Shown here piece after piece: positions 58,692 to 64,000 of a DNA stretch of 64,000 nt. Where the stretch lies: assembly GCA_965242525.1 (NCBI GenBank), contig OZ251459.1:2432001-2496000 (forward strand), in the 5' to 3' direction. The number at the start of each line of letters is the position of its first letter. Position 1 is the stretch's first letter. Position numbers and translations under genes: made by a program. Under the pieces are notes generated by a model. That model was not told where the DNA came from. It made no database searches and was given only the letters and a program-made list of their open reading frames with translations. Source of the stretch: an uncultured Candidatus Binatia bacterium (lineage in GTDB: Bacteria > Desulfobacterota > Binatia > UBA9968 > JAJDTQ01).

Positions 58692-59806
58692 GTGGCGCAG
58701 GCCCCATGAACGAGGCTCGGAACCCGGACGGCTGGATGCTCGTGAGCCTGGTGGTGCTGCTCGCCATCGGCATCACCATGGTGCTGAACACCAGCTACGT
58801 CTTCTCCCAGGAGCGCTTCGGAGACGGCACCTACCTCTTCCGCAAGCAGTTGACGGCCACCTGCGTGGGCCTCGCGGGGCTGACCGTCGCGGTGTTCCTG
58901 CGGCCGTCGGCCTACCGCCGCCTCACCGCCCCCCTGCTGATCGCGACCCTGGTGGCCCTGGTCCTGGTCCTGATCCCCGGCGTGGGCCTGAGCCGGGGCG
59001 GCGCCCAACGCTGGCTGGGGGTGCCGCCGTTCGTGTTCCAGCCGTCCGAGCTGGCCAAGGTGAGTTTCGTGCTCTACTTGGCCTGGTTCCTGTCCCGGAA
59101 GGCGGACCGGCTGCACTCGTTCGCGTACGGGGTGCTGCCGCCGCTGCTGGTGGCGAGCGCGTTCGTGGGCCTGCTGCTGGCGGAGCCGGACTTCGGCTCG
59201 GCGTTCATCCTCGCGGCGGTCTGCATGGCCATGCTGTTCGTGGCCGGGACCCGCTTGACCCACCTGGCCGCGGTGGCGTTGGCGGTGATCTCCGCGGCGG
59301 CCTTCTTCATCGTCACGGCCGACTACCGGATGAAGCGCCTGCTGACCTTCCTGGACCCCTGGAGCGATTCCGCGGCCAGCGGCTTCCAGATCATCCAGTC
59401 CTACATCGCCTTCGGTTCCGGCCAGTTGTGGGGCCGCGGCCTGGGACAGAGCCGGCAGAAGCTCCTGTACCTGCCGGAGGCCCACACGGACTTCATCTAC
59501 TCGGTGATCGGCGAGGAGTTGGGCCTGTGGGGCGCGCTGCTGGTGCTGGCCCTATTCGGCGTCCTGCTCTTCCGCGGCCTGCGGCTGGCCCTGGACAGCG
59601 AAGACCTGTTCACCCGGCTGATGGTGTTCGGCCTCGTCATGCTCCTGGGGCTCCAGGCCGTCGTGCACATGAGCGTGGTCATGGGGCTGGTGCCCACCAA
59701 GGGGCTGGTGCTGCCCTTCATCAGCTACGGGGGCTCGGCCATGGTGGTCCATCTGACGGTGGCGGGTATGCTCCTGGGGGTCTCCCGGCGGAGGGGGGAG
59801 CCATGA
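58688..59806 (+). CDS. ftsW: SEDS peptidoglycan polymerase FtsW
   Basis: GAQRW, FQPSELAK, EPDFG, LPEAHTDFI, LPFISYGGS. Confidence 0.95.
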   Translation: MSGAGPMNEARNPDGWMLVSLVVLLAIGITMVLNTSYVFSQERFGDGTYLFRKQLTATCVGLAGLTVAVFLRPSAYRRLTAPLLIATLVALVLVLIPGVGLSRGGAQRWLGVPPFVFQPSELAKVSFVLYLAWFLSRKADRLHSFAYGVLPPLLVASAFVGLLLAEPDFGSAFILAAVCMAMLFVAGTRLTHLAAVALAVISAAAFFIVTADYRMKRLLTFLDPWSDSAASGFQIIQSYIAFGSGQLWGRGLGQSRQKLLYLPEAHTDFIYSVIGEELGLWGALLVLALFGVLLFRGLRLALDSEDLFTRLMVFGLVMLLGLQAVVHMSVVMGLVPTKGLVLPFISYGGSAMVVHLTVAGMLLGVSRRRGEP

Positions 59807-60876
59807 GGCTCATCGTGGCCGGCGGCGGCACCGGAGGCCATCTGTTCCCCGGAATCGCGGTGGCGCGGGAGTTCCGCCGGCGCAACGGGGACGCCCGCAT
59901 CCTGTTCGTGGGCAGCCGCTGGGGCATCGAGAGCCGGGTGGTGCCGGAGACGGAGTTCTCCATCGAGCTGTTGCCCGTCCGGGGCCTCAAGGGGCGGGGC
60001 CTCAAGGGGTTGCTGGAGGGTCTCTACGGCATACCCGCGAGCCTGTGGCGCTCCCGGGCCATCGTTCGCCGCTTCGACCCCCAGTGCATCATCGGCCTGG
60101 GGGGGTACGCCTCGGGGCCGATGGTGCTGGCCGGGGCGTCCCGGCGCGTGCGCTGCGCGATCATGGAGCAGAACCTGCGCCCCGGCTTCACCAACCGCGT
60201 CCTGGGACGGTTGGCGGACCGGATCTTCACGAGCTTCCGGGAGAGCGTCGAGTACTTCCCCCGGGCCAAGGTGGTGCTCACCGGCACGCCGGTGCGCTGG
60301 CGGGAGCTCCCGGACACGGGCCGGAAGGACCGCTTCCACCTGCTGGTCTTCGGCGGCAGCGCCGGCGCCCACCGGATCAACGAGACGGTGCTGGAAGCGC
60401 TGGAGCGCCTGGGTCCCGCGGCGGCCGGCTTCCGGGTCACGCACCAGACCGGGCGGGCGGACGAGGCCCTGGTGAAGCGGGGCTACGCGTCGCTTCCGTG
60501 CCAGGCGGAAGTGCTGCCCTTCATCGACCGCATGGACCGGGCCTACGCCGCGGCCGACCTGGTGGTGTGCCGCGCCGGGGCCTCCACCCTGTCGGAGCTC
60601 ACCGCCTTCGGCAAACCCGCGGTGCTGGTCCCGTACCCGTACGCGGCCCACGACCACCAACGACTCAACGCGCTGGCCCTGGAGCGGGCGGGCGCGGCCC
60701 GGGTGATCGTGGAGCGGGACCTCACCGCCGCGGGCCTGGCCGAGACCGTCCGCGCCCTCCGTGACGACCCGGCGCGGCGGGAGGCCATGGGCGAGGCGGC
60801 CCGGGGGCTCGGTCGGAGGGACGCGGCCGAGCGGATCGTGGACGAGTGCCGCGCCCTCGTCCCGGAGTGGACATGA
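59803..60876 (+). CDS. murG: lipid II GlcNAc transferase
   Basis: AGGGTGGHLFPG, GGYAS, FGGSAGA, RAGASTLSE, HQRLNA. Confidence 0.96.
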   Translation: MRLIVAGGGTGGHLFPGIAVAREFRRRNGDARILFVGSRWGIESRVVPETEFSIELLPVRGLKGRGLKGLLEGLYGIPASLWRSRAIVRRFDPQCIIGLGGYASGPMVLAGASRRVRCAIMEQNLRPGFTNRVLGRLADRIFTSFRESVEYFPRAKVVLTGTPVRWRELPDTGRKDRFHLLVFGGSAGAHRINETVLEALERLGPAAAGFRVTHQTGRADEALVKRGYASLPCQAEVLPFIDRMDRAYAAADLVVCRAGASTLSELTAFGKPAVLVPYPYAAHDHQRLNALALERAGAARVIVERDLTAAGLAETVRALRDDPARREAMGEAARGLGRRDAAERIVDECRALVPEWT

Positions 60877-62258
60877 TGGGGCCGACGCGCCACCGGGTGC
60901 ACTTCGTGGGCATCGGCGGCGTCGGCATGAGCGGCATTGCGGAGGTGCTCTTGAACTCGGGCTACGAAGTCAGCGGATCGGACTTGCAGGACACCGACGT
61001 CACCCGGCGGCTCCGGTCCCTGGGGGCGGACGTCCGCGTGGGCCACGACGCCGCCCACCTGGCCGACGGGCTGTCGGTGGTGGTGATCTCCACCGCGGTG
61101 AAGTTCTCGAACCCGGAGGTGGTGGCGGCCCGGGAGCGGCAGGTCCCGGTGATCCCCCGGGCCGAGATGCTGGCGGAGCTCATGCGCATGAAGCACGGCG
61201 TCGCGGTGGCCGGAAGCCACGGGAAGACCACCACCACGTCCATGATCGGCCACGTGCTCACCGAGGCCGGCATGGACCCGACCCTGGTCATCGGCGGCCG
61301 GGTGCGGTCGCTGGCGGGCAACGCGCAGATGGGCAGGGGCGGCATCCTGGTGGCCGAGGCCGACGAGAGCGACGGCACCTTCCTGCTGCTCTCCCCGGTG
61401 GTGGCGGTGGTGACCAACATCGACCGGGAGCACATCGAGTACTACGGCGCCGCGGAGCGGCTGGCCGACGCGTTCCTGGAGTTCGCCAACAAGGTGCCGT
61501 TCTACGGCCTCGCGGTGCTCTGCCTGGACCATCCCGCGGTCCGGGGCCTGGCGCCCCGGGTGAAGAAGCGGGTGGTCACCTACGGCCTGTCCGCGGACGC
61601 GGACTTCAGCGCGCGGGACGTCCGGGGCCGGGAAATGGAGTCCACCTTCTCCGCGGTCCGCCGCGGCCGGACCCTGGGGCCGGTGCGGTTGCCCATGCCG
61701 GGCCGGCACAGCGTGGCCAACGCGCTGGCGGCCCTCGCGGTGGCGTCCGAGATGGGCATCGACTTCGCCGCCGCGGCGTCGGCCCTGGCCGGCTTTGCCG
61801 GCATCCACCGCCGCTCGGAGATCAAGGGCGAGGAAGCCGGCGTCCTGGTCATGGACGACTACGGACACCATCCCACGGAGATCGAGACCACGCTGGAGGC
61901 CATTGCCGAAGGCTGGGGCCGCCCCCTGACGGTGGTGTTCCAGCCCCACCGATTCAGCCGCACCCGGGACCTGTTCGAGGACTTCGTCTCGGCCTTCGAC
62001 CGGGCCCACCGGCTGGTGCTCACGGAGATCTACCCCGCGGGCGAGGACCCGCTGCCGGGGACCACCGGCGAGGAGTTGTACCGCGCCATGCGGCGCAGGG
62101 GCCACATGGAAGTGGAGTTCGTGGCCGCCCGGGAGGACGTCGCCGCCAGGCTGCTTCCCAGGCTGGCGGCCGGAGACATGGTGCTGACCCTGGGCGCCGG
62201 GGACGTCCATCGGGTGGGGGAGGAACTGCTTGAGTCCTTGCGGGAAAAGCGCGGATGA
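60873..62258 (+). CDS. murC: UDP-MurNAc--L-Ala ligase
   Basis: HFVGIGGVGMSG, AGSHGKTTTT, EADESD, DDYGHHPTEI, FQPHRFSRT. Confidence 0.97.
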   Translation: MMGPTRHRVHFVGIGGVGMSGIAEVLLNSGYEVSGSDLQDTDVTRRLRSLGADVRVGHDAAHLADGLSVVVISTAVKFSNPEVVAARERQVPVIPRAEMLAELMRMKHGVAVAGSHGKTTTTSMIGHVLTEAGMDPTLVIGGRVRSLAGNAQMGRGGILVAEADESDGTFLLLSPVVAVVTNIDREHIEYYGAAERLADAFLEFANKVPFYGLAVLCLDHPAVRGLAPRVKKRVVTYGLSADADFSARDVRGREMESTFSAVRRGRTLGPVRLPMPGRHSVANALAALAVASEMGIDFAAAASALAGFAGIHRRSEIKGEEAGVLVMDDYGHHPTEIETTLEAIAEGWGRPLTVVFQPHRFSRTRDLFEDFVSAFDRAHRLVLTEIYPAGEDPLPGTTGEELYRAMRRRGHMEVEFVAAREDVAARLLPRLAAGDMVLTLGAGDVHRVGEELLESLREKRG

Positions 62259-63175
62259 CCGCGGACCGGCTGGCCCGGGACCTGGACCTCGTCCCCGGGG
62301 TCGAGGTCAGGGTGGGCGAGCCCCTGGCCCGCCACACCTCGTTCAAGGTGGGCGGGCCCGCGGACTACTACGTGGAGGCCCACACGGGCCACGGGCTGAG
62401 CGACTGTCTGCGCCTGCTGGAGAGCCGGGGCGTGCCGGTGTTGCTGCTGGGCAACGGCAGCAACGTGCTGGTGAGCGACCTCGGGGTGCGGGGCGCGGCG
62501 CTGCGGCTGCGGGGGGAGTTCCGCAGGGTGCGGTGGCGCGCCCGGGACGCCGGGGCCGACGCGGGCGCGGCGTGCGCGGTGAGCCGGCTGGTGCGGGAGG
62601 CGGTGCGCCGCGGGTTGGGCGGACTGGAGTTCGCCGAGGGCATCCCCGGCAGCGTGGGAGGCTCCCTGGTGATGAACGCGGGGGCCTACGGGTCGGAAAT
62701 GGAGCGGGTCGTGACCGGGGTTGAAGCAGTGACGGCGGGGGGCGAGGCCATGGCCCTCGGGCGCGAGGAGTTGCGGTTTTCCTACCGCCAAGCGCGGCTT
62801 CCCCGCGGCGCGGTGGTCACCCGGGTGGGGATGGCGCTGACGCCGGAGGCGCCGGAGGCGGCGGACGCCCGCATGAGGGCGGTCATGGCCCAACGCCGGG
62901 CCAGCCAGCCGTCCGGCCATCCCAACTTCGGGTCGGTCTTCCGCAACCCGCCGGACGACCACGCCGGGAGGCTGATCGAGGCCGCGGGGCTCAAGGGCCT
63001 GCGGGTGGGCGCCGCGGAGGTGTCCCGCCGGCACGCCAACTTCATACTCAACCGCGGCGGCGCCCGGGCCGAGGACGTCCGGCGGTTGATCGAGCAGGTG
63101 TGCAGCACAGTGGAGCGTCGGTTCTCGGTGGCCTTGCAGACCGAGGTCCGCTTCGTGGGGGAGTGGCGACCATGA
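62255..63175 (+). CDS. murB: UDP-N-acetylenolpyruvoylglucosamine reductase
   Basis: HTSFKVGGPA, GNGSNVL, GIPGSVGG..MNAGAYG, GSVFRNP, HANFI. Confidence 0.96.
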   Translation: MTADRLARDLDLVPGVEVRVGEPLARHTSFKVGGPADYYVEAHTGHGLSDCLRLLESRGVPVLLLGNGSNVLVSDLGVRGAALRLRGEFRRVRWRARDAGADAGAACAVSRLVREAVRRGLGGLEFAEGIPGSVGGSLVMNAGAYGSEMERVVTGVEAVTAGGEAMALGREELRFSYRQARLPRGAVVTRVGMALTPEAPEAADARMRAVMAQRRASQPSGHPNFGSVFRNPPDDHAGRLIEAAGLKGLRVGAAEVSRRHANFILNRGGARAEDVRRLIEQVCSTVERRFSVALQTEVRFVGEWRP

Positions 63176-64000
63176 AGATTCCATCCGGCGTCTGGCGGTC
63201 CCGGCGCGTGGGCGTGCTGTTGGGCGGCCCTTCCGCGGAACGGGACGTTTCGCTCGTGTCCGGCAGGGAGGTGACCGGAGCGCTGCGCCGGCAGGGGTAC
63301 AGGGCGGTGTTCCCCATCGACGCGGGGCCGGACCTGCCCGCGCAACTGCGGAAGCACCGCATCGAGGTGGTGTTCAACGCCCTCCACGGCAAGATGGGCG
63401 AGGACGGGTGCGTGCAGGGACTGCTGGAGGTCATGGGCCTCCCCTACACGGGATCGGGGGTGACCGCCTCGGCCCTGTGCATGGACAAGGTGCTGGCCAA
63501 GCAGGTGCTGGCCCGGAACCACATCCCCACGCCCGAGTACGAGGTGGTGACCGGGGAGGGGCCGGAGCAGTCGAAACTGCCGTTGCCGGTGGTGGTCAAG
63601 CCCCGGGCCGAGGGGTCCAGCCTCGGGGTGGCCATCGTGCGGCAGCCCGAGGAGCTGGCGCCTGCGGTCCAGGAGGCGCGCCGGTACGACGGGGACGCCA
63701 TCGTGGAGCGGTACGTGGCCGGCCGGGAGATCACCGTGGGGCTGTTGCACGGCGAGGCCCTGGGGGTCACCGAGATCCGCCCGCTGGAGGGCTTCTACGA
63801 CTACCGGACCAAATACACGTCCGGCATGGCCGAGCACATCTTCCCGGCGCCGCTGCCGGAGTCGCTCCGCCGCAAGGCCCTGCGGCTCGCCGCCAGGTCC
63901 TGCGCGGTGCTGGGGTGCGAGGGAGCGCCGCGGGTCGATATGCGCCTGTCTCCGGATGAGCGGTTGTACGTGCTCGAGGTCAACACGCTTCCGGGGCTGA
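63172..64000 (+). CDS. ddl: D-alanine--D-alanine ligase, truncated at window end
   Basis: Manual translation: GGPSAERDVSL, FNALHGKMGEDG, PYTGSG, MDK, KPRAEGSS, FYDYRTKY, LEVNTLPG. Confidence 0.95.
   Translation, partial: MKIPSGVWRSRRVGVLLGGPSAERDVSLVSGREVTGALRRQGYRAVFPIDAGPDLPAQLRKHRIEVVFNALHGKMGEDGCVQGLLEVMGLPYTGSGVTASALCMDKVLAKQVLARNHIPTPEYEVVTGEGPEQSKLPLPVVVKPRAEGSSLGVAIVRQPEELAPAVQEARRYDGDAIVERYVAGREITVGLLHGEALGVTEIRPLEGFYDYRTKYTSGMAEHIFPAPLPESLRRKALRLAARSCAVLGCEGAPRVDMRLSPDERLYVLEVNTLPGL

Overview
This is a high-GC bacterial chromosomal window. Gene order and repeat families suggest a deltaproteobacteria-like lineage (e.g. Binatia-type); this is inference only. The housekeeping blocks are aguBA, queF-dnaB, thiE/ntrBC-like, rimP-nusA-infB-rbfA-truB-rpsO-pnp, dut-purBCSQLF, a hydantoinase/oxoprolinase cluster, rnpB and the dcw cluster (mraZ to ddl). 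Accessory patches are a truncated C5 methyltransferase plus vsr, an IS5 relic splitting an AT-rich two-gene operon, an orphan amino-methyltransferase, a PIN toxin-antitoxin pair and several REP/MITE families. The most unusual region is 5.8-10.3 kb, directly after dnaB. Three co-oriented type I-E-like CRISPR repeats are separated by 1.76 kb and 1.17 kb instead of about 32 nt. The intervening DNA is a mosaic of homologous phage fragments. It holds three cassettes of 'tail-chaperone C-terminus / inverted small membrane gene with its own promoter / tape-measure N-terminus', and three variants of a ~70 nt tRNA-like RNA with a compensatory stem change (two with clear promoters). I hypothesise a captured library of phage superinfection-exclusion/immunity modules. 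No cas genes are in the window and the function is untested.
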